A stretch of DNA of 64,000 nucleotides from NCBI GenBank assembly GCA_963766935.1, contig CAVYBY010000012.1, forward strand, positions 20,945-84,944. The letters are read 5' to 3'. Position numbers and translations under genes: made by a program. The number at the start of each line of letters is the position of its first letter. Position 1 is the stretch's first letter. The DNA comes from an uncultured Actinomycetes bacterium (GTDB lineage: Bacteria > Actinomycetota > UBA4738 > HRBIN12). Under the pieces are notes generated by a model. That model did not search any database. It saw only the letters and a list, made by a program, of their open reading frames with translations, and was not told where the DNA came from. This document shows positions 18,993 to 28,979 of this stretch, in pieces.

Positions 18993-21178
18993 GATGCCTC
19001 CGGGTCCTCGTGGGGCAGACCGGCTCCGACGGCGCTCGCGAGCCCGAATCCGCGCAGGCCGACCAGCCGTTCATTCCGCGCGATCAGGAACACCGTCGGG
19101 CGCTTGAAGAAGTAGACGACGAACAGGTCGAGCAGGGTGGCGACCCCGAGCGTGAGCGCGAACCCACGGACCGAGCTGACCGCGGTCAGGTAGAGCACCG
19201 CGGCGGCGATGCCGGTCACGGCGTCCGCGGCGCGGATGGTGCGAAACGCCCGCTTGAAGGCGGGCTGGACGACGCTCCGCACCGAGCGTCCCCGGCGTGC
19301 CTCGTCCTTCAACCGCTCGAAGAAGACGATGTAGGAGTCGGCCGTGACGCCGAGCGAGATCACCAGCCCGGCCACGCCCGCCAGGCTCAGGGCATAGCCG
19401 AACTCCTTCCCCGCGATCGCGACGAGCGCGATCGCGAGCGCGGCCCAGATCGACATCCCGAGCCAGGCGACGACGCCGAGAAGCCGGTAGTAGAAGAGCA
19501 TGTAGGCAAAGAGCAGGATCAGGCCGGCGACCGCCGCGACGATGCCCTGATGGAGCGACTCCTTGCCCAGGGTCGGGCTGACGGTCTGGACCGACTGCCG
19601 CGTCAACTCGACGGGCAGCGCACCGGCGTTCAACACGGTCGCGAGGTCCTTCGATTCCTGTTGGCTGAAGTTGCCCGTGATCTCGCCGCTGCCGTTCGTG
19701 ATCGGGTTGACCACGCGAGGCGACGAGATGATCTTGCGGTCGACCACGATCGCGATCTCGTTCTGCGGCTGCGGCAGGGCCACGGCCTTCGTCGTCGCGT
19801 CGGCGAACGCCTTGGATCCCGATCCGGTGAGATCGAACGAGATGGTCCATTGGCTGGTGAGGTTCTGCTGGCTGGCGGGTTGGTTGATGGCCGTCGCCTT
19901 CGAGATCTGGTCCCCGCTGATGGCGACCGGGGCCAGGCTGAACTTGTTGCCGGAGTCGTCGAGATAGACGACCGGCTTGTCGCGAAGCGCGTCGAACGAA
20001 CATGCGTCCGTGTCTCGCTCGGCCGGCGTCGCACAGGTAACCTGCGTGCCGGCGTACGTCGCGCTGCCCGGCGAATCGACGGAGAGCACCGGCCGCTCCT
20101 CGAGCCGGGCCGTTTCGCCGATGATCTTGAGCAGGCGATCCTGACCCGTCTCCTGCTGCCGGCGAACGGCGGCGGCCCGGTCGATGAAGCAGCCCTGGTT
20201 CTGCCCTCCGGAGCTCGTGACGCAGTACTCCACGGTCTCGGGCGTCACCGAGACCCCGGCGATCGCGGCCGTGGCATCGTCCTTCGTCGCAAGGTTGCAC
20301 GGCAGCGCCTCGGCTCCCGAGACGTCGAGGGCCGCATAGCCCGTCGCGCTGGCCGATGCGCTGGCGCTGGCCGATGCGCTGGCGCTGGCCGATGCGCTGG
20401 CGCTGGCCGATGCGCTGGCACTGGATGAGGGCGTGGGTGAGGAGGAATCGGATGGCGCGGCGACCACGCAATACAGCGACTTGGTCACCTTGGTCTTCAA
20501 CGTGCCCTGCGCCGCCTGGGCTTTGGCCCGCGAGTCGTAGCACGCCAGCTGCGAGCCCGCGCTGTCGTCGAGGCAGAATCCACCGGGCGCGGGGGCGGGA
20601 CCCTCGGTCGGCGACGCCGACGCCGATGCCGACGGGGTCGGAGTCGGGCTCGCCGACGTCTCGGGTTGGATCGTGATCGTCGAGATCGTGGCTTGCGCCT
20701 CTTGCTCGCTCGTGAAGCACGCGTTCGTGAGCTGAGTGCCGCCGGCGTCGACGATGCACACCTGGCTCGGCTGGGACTGAACGTTCAGCTCGTCGAGCGC
20801 GGCCGCGGCGGTCGCTCGATCGGTGCCACATCCGTAGTTCGTGCCGTCCGTGCCGACAAGACAGAACTGCTCCTTCTGCCGCTGATCGATCGTCCCGCGG
20901 CCGGCACCGGGGATCTGCACCTCGATCGTGGTGCCCGACAGGAAGATGTCCGGCTCGCCGACACCGAAGGCGTCCACGCGGTTGCGGATGTTCTCGAGGG
21001 CGGTCTCCATGACGTCCTTGGGCGTTCCCGGCGGCGCCGAGAGGATGACCGAGACCCCGCCCTCCAGGTCGAGGCCGAGGATCGGCGAGAGCACGCCCGT
21101 CAGAAGCCCCGCGAGCGAGCCGGCGACGAGGATCGCGACGACGATCACCGAGACCCAAAGACCACGAGTCCGCTTCAC
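18989..21178 (-). CDS. secD: Protein-export membrane protein SecD, with a long Ser/Ala/Pro/Thr-rich periplasmic insertion
   Basis: 729 aa from the GTG at 21178 (GTGA overlap with the HD-protein stop). The periplasmic P1 region carries SSPTPSSSASASASASASASASASASASASASASATGYAAL encoded by an 18-bp tandem repeat. Confidence 0.9.
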   Translation of the reverse strand: MKRTRGLWVSVIVVAILVAGSLAGLLTGVLSPILGLDLEGGVSVILSAPPGTPKDVMETALENIRNRVDAFGVGEPDIFLSGTTIEVQIPGAGRGTIDQRQKEQFCLVGTDGTNYGCGTDRATAAAALDELNVQSQPSQVCIVDAGGTQLTNACFTSEQEAQATISTITIQPETSASPTPTPSASASASPTEGPAPAPGGFCLDDSAGSQLACYDSRAKAQAAQGTLKTKVTKSLYCVVAAPSDSSSPTPSSSASASASASASASASASASASASASATGYAALDVSGAEALPCNLATKDDATAAIAGVSVTPETVEYCVTSSGGQNQGCFIDRAAAVRRQQETGQDRLLKIIGETARLEERPVLSVDSPGSATYAGTQVTCATPAERDTDACSFDALRDKPVVYLDDSGNKFSLAPVAISGDQISKATAINQPASQQNLTSQWTISFDLTGSGSKAFADATTKAVALPQPQNEIAIVVDRKIISSPRVVNPITNGSGEITGNFSQQESKDLATVLNAGALPVELTRQSVQTVSPTLGKESLHQGIVAAVAGLILLFAYMLFYYRLLGVVAWLGMSIWAALAIALVAIAGKEFGYALSLAGVAGLVISLGVTADSYIVFFERLKDEARRGRSVRSVVQPAFKRAFRTIRAADAVTGIAAAVLYLTAVSSVRGFALTLGVATLLDLFVVYFFKRPTVFLIARNERLVGLRGFGLASAVGAGLPHEDPEAS
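20341..20426. repeat. Tandem repeat, 18-bp unit gccgatgcgctggcgctg in about 4.7 copies, coding (SA)n within secD
   Basis: Direct reading shows copies at 20352 to 20369, 20370 to 20387, 20388 to 20405 and 20406 to 20423 (last copy degenerate), preceded by a partial copy. Confidence 0.8.
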
Positions 21179-21984
21179 GCGACCGCGGCCCCGTTGATCA
21201 GCAGCTTGAACCGGGCGTCGAGGTGGCCGGCCGCCACACGGCACATCTGCATCCGGCCCATGAAGATCTCGAAGTACTCCATGACCTGGCTGATCGAGGT
21301 GTCGATCGACAGCTCGAGGGCGATGGTCCGCGCCTCGGAGTCCACGCGCAGGAACGACTGCTCGACGGCGAAGTTCACCCGGTCGTGGATGTCCTGCTCG
21401 ATCTGGCCCGAGCGGCGCACGCGGCTTCGGTGCACGTCGGACTTGTCGGCCAGGATGACCGCCGCCGAGATCGGTGAGATCGCCGTGCCCTCGGTTTCCT
21501 CGTGGTTCGCGATGGCGGCCATGATCGGCAGGAGATCCTGTTCGGGAACCGAATCCCGGAGTGCCTGGTAGACGAGGAGCGCGCCGGTCTGGCCGTGGGC
21601 GTCACGCGCGAGGGCGTTGCCGACGTCGTGCAGATAGCCGGCGACGCAGGCGAGCGTCGCCTGGCGCTCGTCGAAGCCGAGCCGGTGCAGGACCTGGTAC
21701 GCGATGCGCGCCACCAGGTTGGCGTGACGGAAGCCGTGCTCGGTGAAACCCATGGCATCCATGACCCGGTCCGCCGACGCGATGAACAGCGACAGCTCCT
21801 CGTTCGCCTGCACCTGCTCCAGCGAGACTGCGGGCTTCTCGCCGTCTCCGCCGTCCTCACGCGGCAGCGGCGGCGGATCCATCGATGCCGGATTCTCGGC
21901 CGCAACCGTCCCACCGGAGACGACCGGACCGACCTCGGCCCGCTCGGGCGGCTGCGGCTGCTCCTTTGCGCGACGAGACGCCAC
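21175..21984 (-). CDS. HD-domain phosphohydrolase family protein
   Basis: 269 aa with H...HD...H...D metal-binding residues (HANLVARIAYQ, LHDVGN, ANHEE, ILADKSD). It is inserted between yajC and secD and its N-terminal ~60 aa are low-complexity, so the start is uncertain. Confidence 0.6.
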   Translation of the reverse strand: MASRRAKEQPQPPERAEVGPVVSGGTVAAENPASMDPPPLPREDGGDGEKPAVSLEQVQANEELSLFIASADRVMDAMGFTEHGFRHANLVARIAYQVLHRLGFDERQATLACVAGYLHDVGNALARDAHGQTGALLVYQALRDSVPEQDLLPIMAAIANHEETEGTAISPISAAVILADKSDVHRSRVRRSGQIEQDIHDRVNFAVEQSFLRVDSEARTIALELSIDTSISQVMEYFEIFMGRMQMCRVAAGHLDARFKLLINGAAVA

Positions 21985-21988
21985 GGAT

Positions 21989-22321
21989 CTACCCCGCGCC
22001 GTCGGCAGGGGCCTCGTCGTCCTCGTCGACGAGACGGCGCGAGACCCCGCCCTTCACCATGCGGACACGGGTCCCGGGAGCGATCTCGACCGTGATCAAT
22101 CCTTCGTCCTCGTCGATGTCCACGATGCTTCCGAGCATGCCGGACGTGGTCAGCACCTCGTCGCCGACCTCGAGGCTGCCCAGAAGAGCCTGCTGAGCCT
22201 TGGCGCGGCGTTGCTGCGGCCGGATCATCAGGAAGTACATGATCGCGAACAGCGGGAGCAGGACGAAGAGAATGCTGGCCGGGTTGCTCTGATTCTGTGT
22301 GGCGGCGATGAGCGAGAGCAT
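21989..22321 (-). CDS. yajC: Preprotein translocase subunit YajC
   Basis: 110 aa from the ATG at 22321 with a single TM helix (ILFVLLPLFAIMYFLMIRPQQRR, the YajC signature). An alternative start lies at 22369. Confidence 0.75.
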   Translation of the reverse strand: MLSLIAATQNQSNPASILFVLLPLFAIMYFLMIRPQQRRAKAQQALLGSLEVGDEVLTTSGMLGSIVDIDEDEGLITVEIAPGTRVRMVKGGVSRRLVDEDDEAPADGAG

Positions 22322-22392
22322 GCCTAATCCTTCATCGGTCGGGAAACGACTTGCGAGTCTACCCGTCAAGAGCGGCGGCGATGGCCGTTTCG

Positions 22393-23430
22393 CTACAAGG
22401 GAAGGGCTCCCGGCGGGCGGATCCCGAGATGCCGATGGGCGGCCTCGGAGGCCACGCGGCCCCTCGGGGTGCGCTGAAGGAACCCGAGCTGCAGCAGGTA
22501 CGGCTCCACCACGTCCTCGATGGTGTCGGGCTCCTCGCCGACGGCCGCGGCCAGGGTCGACAGACCCACGGGGCCGCCCCCGAACTTCTCGACCAGCGTT
22601 CGGAGCACGGCATGGTCGAGGCGGTCGAGCCCTTCCTCGTCCACCTCGAAGACCTCGAGTCCGCGCCGGGCGACGTCGGCCGAGATCCGGCCGTCACCGC
22701 GGACCTGGGTGAAGTCCCGGACGCGGCGCAGCAGCCGGTTGGCCACCCGCGGCGTGCCCCGCGCACGCCGCGCGATCTCCTCCGCCCCCGCCTCGTCGAT
22801 CCCGACCTCGAGGATGCCCGCGGAGCGCGCCACGATCCGGGAGAGGTCGTCGACCGGGTAGTAGTCCAGACGCGGAGAGAACCCGAACCGCTCCCGCAGC
22901 GGGAGGGTCACCCGGCCCGGCCGCGTGGTCGCCCCGATCAGCGTGAACGCCGGCAGCTCGATCCGGATGCTGCGCGCCGTCGGGCCCTTGCCCAGGACGA
23001 CGTCGAGGCGAAAGTCCTCGAGCGCCGGATACAGGACCTCCTCCACCGCGCGCGGCATCCGGTGGATCTCGTCGACGAACAAGACGTCGCCGTCCTCGAG
23101 GTTCGTCAGGATCGCGGCGAGGTCGCTCGGGCGCTCCAGCGCCGGGCCCGATGTCGGTTGCAGGCCGGCCTCCATCTCGGTCGCGACGATCTGCGCAAGG
23201 GTCGTCTTCCCGAGCCCCGGCGGGCCGCTGAACAAGAGGTGGTCCACCGGCTCGCCCCGGCGCTTGGCCCCGTCGACCAAGAGCGCGAGCTGCTCCTTCA
23301 CCCGGTCCTGGCCGACGAATTCCTCGAGCACCCGCGGACGCAGCACGACATCGAGCGCGTGGTCCTCCTCGTCCGGCTCGCCACTCATCGCCGCGGCGTC
23401 CGGTGGCCGGGGCGTCGGGTCGTCGGTCAT
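22393..23430 (-). CDS. ruvB: Holliday junction branch-migration ATPase RuvB
   Basis: 345 aa from the ATG at 23430 (ATGA overlap with the ruvA stop) with Walker [10 protein letters not shown]. The ORF-track call to 24072 is a frame run-through of ruvA. Confidence 0.9.
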   Translation of the reverse strand: MTDDPTPRPPDAAAMSGEPDEEDHALDVVLRPRVLEEFVGQDRVKEQLALLVDGAKRRGEPVDHLLFSGPPGLGKTTLAQIVATEMEAGLQPTSGPALERPSDLAAILTNLEDGDVLFVDEIHRMPRAVEEVLYPALEDFRLDVVLGKGPTARSIRIELPAFTLIGATTRPGRVTLPLRERFGFSPRLDYYPVDDLSRIVARSAGILEVGIDEAGAEEIARRARGTPRVANRLLRRVRDFTQVRGDGRISADVARRGLEVFEVDEEGLDRLDHAVLRTLVEKFGGGPVGLSTLAAAVGEEPDTIEDVVEPYLLQLGFLQRTPRGRVASEAAHRHLGIRPPGALPL

Positions 23431-23993
23431 CGTCCCGCCCGTTGCAAGGCGTCGCGCAGCAGGTCCTGCACCGGACGCCCGTCCGTCAGGATGCCGGCCA
23501 TGGCCTCGCTCGCTTCCTGGGCGGACAGGCCCAGCGACAGCAGCGCGTCCCGCACGTCGGCGAGCGGGCCCTCGGCCGGAAGCTCGCCACCGCCGCCGAG
23601 CGTGTCGCGAAGCTCGACGATGACGCGCATCGCGACCTTCTTCCCGACGCCCGGGACGACGGTGAGCGCCGCGGCGTCGCCCGCGGCCACCGCGCGCCGC
23701 AGCACGTCCGGAACGAGCGTGGACAGGAACGCCAGCGCGACCTTGGGCCCGACGCCGGTGACGCCCGTCAGCAAGTCGAAGAGGGTTCGTTCGTCCGGCG
23801 AGGCGAACCCGTAGAGCACGATGGCGTCGTCGCGGACCGTCATCCGCGTGTGGATCCGGGCCCGCTGGCCCGTCGGGGGAAGCGCCGCCAGCACGGACGC
23901 CGGGACGAGGACCTCGTAGCCGACCCCGCCGACATCGAGCGTCACCCGGCCCGCCGAGATACCGGCCACCAGGCCGTCGAGAAAGGCGATCAC
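23427..23993 (-). CDS. ruvA: Holliday junction DNA helicase subunit RuvA
   Basis: 188 aa from the GTG at 23993 ([11 protein letters not shown]...). This start makes a GTGA overlap with the ruvC stop. Confidence 0.85.
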   Translation of the reverse strand: MIAFLDGLVAGISAGRVTLDVGGVGYEVLVPASVLAALPPTGQRARIHTRMTVRDDAIVLYGFASPDERTLFDLLTGVTGVGPKVALAFLSTLVPDVLRRAVAAGDAAALTVVPGVGKKVAMRVIVELRDTLGGGGELPAEGPLADVRDALLSLGLSAQEASEAMAGILTDGRPVQDLLRDALQRAGR

Positions 23994-24499
23994 CGGCGCG
24001 CCGCCTCCGAGATGTCCTTCCACCCCGCGGCCAGGACATGCGTGAGGGCAACGGCGGCGGCATCGGCCGCATCGGGTCCCGCGGGCAGGCCCCGGAATCC
24101 GTGGACGCGCTCGAGCGCCCGGCGGACCTGGTCCTTGTCGGCGTTGCCCGAACCCGCCACGGCCATCTTCACCTCGTTCGGCCCGTACTCGTCGACCGGC
24201 AGCCCCGCATCGGCCGCCACCATCATGACCGCGCCCGTCGCCCGGGCGACGGCGAGCGCGCTGACCTCGTTGCGGTTCCAGGCGATCCGCTCGACCGCGA
24301 CCGCCGTCGGCCGGTGCCCGGCGATCGCCTCACGGACGGCCCGGCCGATCAGACCGATCCGCTCCGACTCCGGGTCGTCCTTGGACGTGCGGATCGTCAT
24401 GGCCCACACGAGGGCCGGCGTCCGTCCGCGCTGCGAGACCACCGCAAGGCCGACGCGCGCAAGCCCGGGGTCGATACCGAGCACACAGCGTTCGAACAT
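23990..24499 (-). CDS. ruvC: Crossover junction endodeoxyribonuclease RuvC
   Basis: 169 aa with the [15 protein letters not shown] motif. A LexA box overlaps its ATG. Confidence 0.9.
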   Translation of the reverse strand: MFERCVLGIDPGLARVGLAVVSQRGRTPALVWAMTIRTSKDDPESERIGLIGRAVREAIAGHRPTAVAVERIAWNRNEVSALAVARATGAVMMVAADAGLPVDEYGPNEVKMAVAGSGNADKDQVRRALERVHGFRGLPAGPDAADAAAVALTHVLAAGWKDISEAARR

Positions 24500-24507
24500 C
24501 CGTTCGG
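24492..24507. promoter_or_regulatory. LexA (Cheo-type SOS) box TCGAAC-ATCC-GTTCGG overlapping the ruvC start codon
   Basis: A perfect GAAC-N4-GTTC palindrome read directly from the sequence. ruvC is a classical SOS gene in mycobacteria. Confidence 0.7.
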
Positions 24508-24533
24508 CAGTCTAGGGCCCGGGCGGCGTCGGC

Positions 24534-25295
24534 TCAAGCAGGCGCGTCGAGCGACGCCATGATCTCCTCAGGGATGTCGAAGTTGCCGAAGACGTTCTGC
24601 ACGTCGTCGAGGTCTTCCAGCGTCTCGACGAGCTGGAGCGCCTGGCGAGCCGCGGCCCCGTCCGCCGCGACGGTCGTCTGGGGGATCATCGAGAGCTCCG
24701 CCGAGGCGACCGGAATGTCCGCGCCCTCGAGCGCCACCCGGACCCGGTGAAGCGCGGCAGGCTCGGTGAGGATCTCCCACGAGGTGTCGGCATCGCTCAG
24801 GTCCGACGCTCCGGCCTCAAGGGCCACCTCGAGCACCCGCTCCTCGAGCGGCGCGTCCACCTTGTCGACCACGATCAGACCGGAGCGCTTGAACATCCAC
24901 GCCGTCGACCCCGTCGCGGCGAGGTTTCCACCCCACTGCGTGAACGCGTGCCGGACGTCCTGCGCCGTTCGATTCCGGTTGTCCGTCAGCGCCTCGACGT
25001 ACAGGGCGATTCCACCGGGCGCGTAGCCCTCGTATGCGACTTCCTCGAACCGAGCCGCATCGGCGTCCATCCCGCTGCCGCGTTTCACCGCGCGTTCGAT
25101 GTTCTCGCCGGGAACGCTGGAGCTTCGTGCGCGGTCGATCGCCGAGGCGAGCGTCATGTTCGCGGCCGGATCGCCCCCGCCCTCGCGCGCGGCCACCTCG
25201 ATCGCACGCAGCAGCTTTGCGAACGCGTTCGACCGCTTCGCGTCGGTGGCGGCCTTCCGCCGTTTGATCGTTGCCCATTTCGAGTGCCCGGACAC
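24534..25295 (-). CDS. yebC: YebC/PmpR family DNA-binding transcriptional regulator
   Basis: 253 aa from the GTG at 25295 (VSGHSKWATIKRRK...), 4 nt after the pdxT stop. Same position as Rv2603c. Confidence 0.9.
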   Translation of the reverse strand: MSGHSKWATIKRRKAATDAKRSNAFAKLLRAIEVAAREGGGDPAANMTLASAIDRARSSSVPGENIERAVKRGSGMDADAARFEEVAYEGYAPGGIALYVEALTDNRNRTAQDVRHAFTQWGGNLAATGSTAWMFKRSGLIVVDKVDAPLEERVLEVALEAGASDLSDADTSWEILTEPAALHRVRVALEGADIPVASAELSMIPQTTVAADGAAARQALQLVETLEDLDDVQNVFGNFDIPEEIMASLDAPA

Positions 25296-25299
25296 GGCC

Positions 25300-25854
25300 T
25301 CACACCTTCCCGAGCAGGCGCGCGTGCAGCGCCGATTCGCCGACGAGCTCGGGGTGAAAGGTCGTCGCCAGGATTGCGCCCTGCTCGACGACGACCGGCC
25401 GCCCGTCGTGCGACGACAGTACCCGGACGTCCGGCCCCACTTCCTCGACCCAGGGAGCGCGGATGAACACCCCGCGGACCTCGCCCATGCCATCGACCGC
25501 CAGGTCGGCCTCGAACGAGTCGACCTGGCGCCCGTAGGCGTTGCGGCGGACCCCGATGTCCAGCAGCGAGAACAGCGGCTCGCCGTCGGCGACGCGCTCG
25601 GCGAGGACGATCATCCCCGCGCAGGTTCCCAGGATCGGCATGCCCTCGCGTGCCCGGTCGCGAACGGGCTCGACGAGTCCGGCCCAGCGGGCCAGCTTCG
25701 CGATCGTCGTCGACTCCCCTCCGGGGATCACGAGACATGCGACGTCGGACAGGTCCGCCGGCGTCCGAACCTCGATGGGGACTGCGCCGGCGTCGGCAAG
25801 AGCCCGCGCGTGTTCGCGGAAATCCCCCTGCAGTGCGAGAACTCCGGCCTTCAC
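25300..25854 (-). CDS. pdxT: Pyridoxal 5'-phosphate synthase glutaminase subunit PdxT
   Basis: 184 aa class I glutamine amidotransferase (LGTCAGMI, catalytic Cys). Confidence 0.9.
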   Translation of the reverse strand: MKAGVLALQGDFREHARALADAGAVPIEVRTPADLSDVACLVIPGGESTTIAKLARWAGLVEPVRDRAREGMPILGTCAGMIVLAERVADGEPLFSLLDIGVRRNAYGRQVDSFEADLAVDGMGEVRGVFIRAPWVEEVGPDVRVLSSHDGRPVVVEQGAILATTFHPELVGESALHARLLGKV

Positions 25855-25858
25855 GGGC

Positions 25859-26746
25859 TCACCACCCGCGGGTCTGGAGCAGACCCTCCTCGCCCAGCTC
25901 CTTGATGTCGATGCCGGGCATCGCTTGCCCCAGGCCGTGCGAGACCTTGGCCAGGACGTCCGGGTCCTGGAAATGCGTCGTGGCCTCGACGATGGCGCGC
26001 GCGCGGATCGCCGGGTCCTCCGACTTGTAGATGCCGGATCCGACGAAGACGCCGTCGACCCCGAGCTGCATCATCAGCGCGGCGTCGGCCGGGGTCGCGA
26101 TCCCGCCCGCGGCGAAGTTGACGACCGGCAGCCGGCCCAGCTCCGCGACCGTGCGGACCAGGTCGACCGGAGCGCCCAGCTCCTTGGCCATCGCGACGTG
26201 CTGCTCGGGACGAAGCTGCGTGCACTCGGAGATCTGGCGAAGCATCGTCCGCTGGTGGCGGACGGCCTCGACGACATTGCCCGTTCCGGGCTCGCCCTTC
26301 GTCCGGATCATCGCGGCGCCCTCGGCGATCCGCCGCAGCGCCTCCCCCAGGTTCCGCGCCCCGCAGACGAACGGGACCGTGAACGTCCATTTGTCGATGT
26401 GGAACTCTTCGTCGGCCGGCGTCAGCACCTCGGATTCGTCGATGTAGTCCACCCCGAGCGCCTGCAGGATCTGGGCTTCGACGAAATGGCCGATCCGGGC
26501 CTTGGCCATTACGGGGATGGTCACGGCCTGCTTGATCTCCTCGACCTTCGTCGCGTCGGCCATGCGGGCCACGCCGCCTTCTGCGCGGATGTCGGCGGGA
26601 ACCCGCTCGAGCGCCATGACGGCGCAGGCCCCGGCGTCCTCGGCGATCTTGGCCTGCTCGGCGGTCGTGACGTCCATGATCACGCCGCCCTTGAGCATCT
26701 CCGCCAGGCCGGATTTCACGGTGAACGTCCCGGTTTCGCGCTGCAC
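25859..26746 (-). CDS. pdxS: Pyridoxal 5'-phosphate synthase lyase subunit PdxS
   Basis: 295 aa. The start is GTG with a GAGGAGG SD. Confidence 0.95.
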   Translation of the reverse strand: MQRETGTFTVKSGLAEMLKGGVIMDVTTAEQAKIAEDAGACAVMALERVPADIRAEGGVARMADATKVEEIKQAVTIPVMAKARIGHFVEAQILQALGVDYIDESEVLTPADEEFHIDKWTFTVPFVCGARNLGEALRRIAEGAAMIRTKGEPGTGNVVEAVRHQRTMLRQISECTQLRPEQHVAMAKELGAPVDLVRTVAELGRLPVVNFAAGGIATPADAALMMQLGVDGVFVGSGIYKSEDPAIRARAIVEATTHFQDPDVLAKVSHGLGQAMPGIDIKELGEEGLLQTRGW

Positions 26747-26872
26747 GGATCTCTCCTCCTCGGCGTCGTATCGCGTCCGCGCCGGCCCGGCTGCGGGGCG
26801 GTCGAACGGACGATCGAAGTGTACCGCCGGCGCTCCCGGCCAGAATCGCCGACAGTCGAGACGGCGCGCGAG

Positions 26873-27925
26873 CTACTTGGTGAAGGTGACGGCCGCGTCG
26901 AACATGCCGGTGGGGGCGAGCTCCACCCAGGTGGTGCCGGGTGCGAGCGGGATCGCCGAGCCGTCCTTCGTGACGAACGTGGTCACGTCGCCGTCCGCGT
27001 CGCGGACCCAGCGACCCGCAACCACACGGCCGTTCCGCAGGATCCAGGCCCGGCCGCCGCCGGTCATCTCGACCTCGGGCGAGTGAAAACCGGCGGCGTC
27101 GATCACGGTCCCTTCCGTCGTCTTGACGCGCTGGATCACGACATTCGTCGCGGTCACGGGGCGGCCGTTCTCGAGGAGCATCGGCGAGTCCTCGAGGTAT
27201 CGCACCCAGCGCCCGCCCTGCCACCGCCAGTCGGCAGCGACGAGCGGGAAGTCGACGAGGACCGACTTGATGCGCTTGCCGGCCGCGGGCACCGCCTCGT
27301 CATAGGTGAAGACCCCCCGGGGCGGGCCCTCGTCGCGAACGGACTTCGTTCCCTCCTTGACGAGCTCGAGGGTGCTCGCGAACAGGTTGTGCGGGATGAC
27401 GCGGGCGCTGTCGCGGGTGAACGCGGCCGAGGCGCTCGATTCCGTCAGCCCGACGATGCCCGAGCGGTCGACATTGTGCACGACGAGCGGTGCGCCGCCG
27501 GAGTACCCGAGAAGCGGGTGCGCCTGGAACTGGAGCAGGATCTTCGGATCGGTCGTCCGCGCCGATCGGACCGGCCCGACACGATCGGTCTCCTGGCAAT
27601 GGAAGAGCGCGACGAACCGGGTGATGCCACCCTCGACGACCTCTTCGTAGACGATGTCGGCGCGGTCGAGGCCGGCGAGCGGGTACGCGTCCGGCGTGTT
27701 CTCCACCTTCACCGCCAGCAGCGGTCTCGCCGGAGTCTTCCGCCCGGCCGGGAGCGTTCGCCCGGTGAGCGGGCACGTGGCAGGTGGGTCGTTGTGGAAG
27801 TTACCGCCGAGCACGTGGATCGGGTTGGCATTCGTGAGCACGGCCGCGCCCACTGCGACCGCGACCACCATGGCAACGACGGCGCCCGCAGCGATCACTC
27901 GTTTTCCACGACGCGTCAGGGCCAC
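26873..27925 (-). CDS. DUF3048 domain-containing secreted/lipoprotein
   Basis: 350 aa with an N-terminal signal/TM and the VKVENTPDAYPLAGLDRADIVYEE core typical of DUF3048. Confidence 0.6.
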   Translation of the reverse strand: MALTRRGKRVIAAGAVVAMVVAVAVGAAVLTNANPIHVLGGNFHNDPPATCPLTGRTLPAGRKTPARPLLAVKVENTPDAYPLAGLDRADIVYEEVVEGGITRFVALFHCQETDRVGPVRSARTTDPKILLQFQAHPLLGYSGGAPLVVHNVDRSGIVGLTESSASAAFTRDSARVIPHNLFASTLELVKEGTKSVRDEGPPRGVFTYDEAVPAAGKRIKSVLVDFPLVAADWRWQGGRWVRYLEDSPMLLENGRPVTATNVVIQRVKTTEGTVIDAAGFHSPEVEMTGGGRAWILRNGRVVAGRWVRDADGDVTTFVTKDGSAIPLAPGTTWVELAPTGMFDAAVTFTK

Positions 27926-28071
27926 GCGGCGACCTCCCCAGCTTGTGGACGGATGCGGACGAATCCGGGCGGCCGACGCGGGACGGGACCCCGGCCCCGG
28001 AAACCGAACAGGCCGATGCTAGCTGCGTCCAGGGGGCGGCTCAAACACCCGGGGTGATCTCCATTCGAGCG

Positions 28072-28977
28072 TCACATCTCCTCCAGACGCTTGATCCGCT
28101 CCTCGATGGGCGGATGGGTCGAGAACACCCGCTCCATGAAGGAGGTCTTGTCCCCCGGCAACCTCGAGGGCTGGTCGAGCCAGAGATGGGCCGTGGCGTT
28201 GTTCGCCGAGCGCATGGCATGGGGCGCCGCCCCGATCTTCCTGAGCGCGCTGATGAGCCCGGGGGGATACCGGGTCAGCAAGGCCCCCTGCGCGTCCGCG
28301 AGGTACTCGCGGTTCCGCGAGACGGCCAGTTGGATCAGCTGGCCGAAGAGCGGCGCGAGGATCAGCAGCACGAACCCGACGGCGAACACGATGGCTTCGG
28401 CCGCACCGCCGTTGTTGCGATTCCCGCGCCGGCCGCCGAAGCCGCCCCACCACCACGACCGCAGGAAGAACTCGGAGAGCAGGACCACGGCGCCGATCAC
28501 GGTCGCGATGATCGTGCCGTAGAGGATGTCGCGATCGACCACGTGGGACATCTCGTGGCCGATCACCCCCTCGAGCTCGACGCGTTCCATGATGTCGAGA
28601 AGGCCCTGCGTGACCGCGATCGAGGCGTGCGCGGGATCGCGTCCGGTGGCGAACGCGTTGGGCGCGGTCTCGGGGACGACGTAGACGCGCGGCTTCGGCA
28701 CGCCGGCAGCGATCGCAAGACCTTCCACGATGTTGTGCAACCGTGGCTGCTCGTCCGGCGTGACCTCCTTGGCCCTGGCCGAGGCGAGCACGAGGCGGTC
28801 GCCGGCGAAGTACGCGCTGAGCTGAAGGAAGACCGCCACGACGACGGCGATTCCGAGCCCGATCCATCCGACGCCGTAGATGTAGCCGATCCCATATCCG
28901 ACCGCTGCCAGCAGCACGATGGCCACGACGAGCAACAGGACCGTCTTGCGGCGGTTCGAGGCGATTTGCTCGTACAT
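28072..28977 (-). CDS. htpX: Zinc metalloprotease HtpX (M48 family)
   Basis: 301 aa from the ATG at 28977 with the HEMSHV zinc motif and TM helices. The ORF-track start at 29520 overlaps lemA. Confidence 0.9.
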   Translation of the reverse strand: MYEQIASNRRKTVLLLVVAIVLLAAVGYGIGYIYGVGWIGLGIAVVVAVFLQLSAYFAGDRLVLASARAKEVTPDEQPRLHNIVEGLAIAAGVPKPRVYVVPETAPNAFATGRDPAHASIAVTQGLLDIMERVELEGVIGHEMSHVVDRDILYGTIIATVIGAVVLLSEFFLRSWWWGGFGGRRGNRNNGGAAEAIVFAVGFVLLILAPLFGQLIQLAVSRNREYLADAQGALLTRYPPGLISALRKIGAAPHAMRSANNATAHLWLDQPSRLPGDKTSFMERVFSTHPPIEERIKRLEEM

Positions 28978-28979
28978 GC

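Noticed and set aside
20341-20426. A short-period direct repeat array that could have been a CRISPR
   Set aside because: The units are contiguous with no spacers and have an 18-bp period. They lie inside the secD reading frame, where they encode (SA)n. This is a coding microsatellite, not CRISPR.
26802-26817. A LexA-like box (TCGAAC-GGAC-GATCGA) upstream of pdxS
   Set aside because: The right half-site has GATC instead of GTTC and the spacer is non-RYRY. pdxS is not a known SOS gene. I keep it only as a weak note inside the SOS finding.
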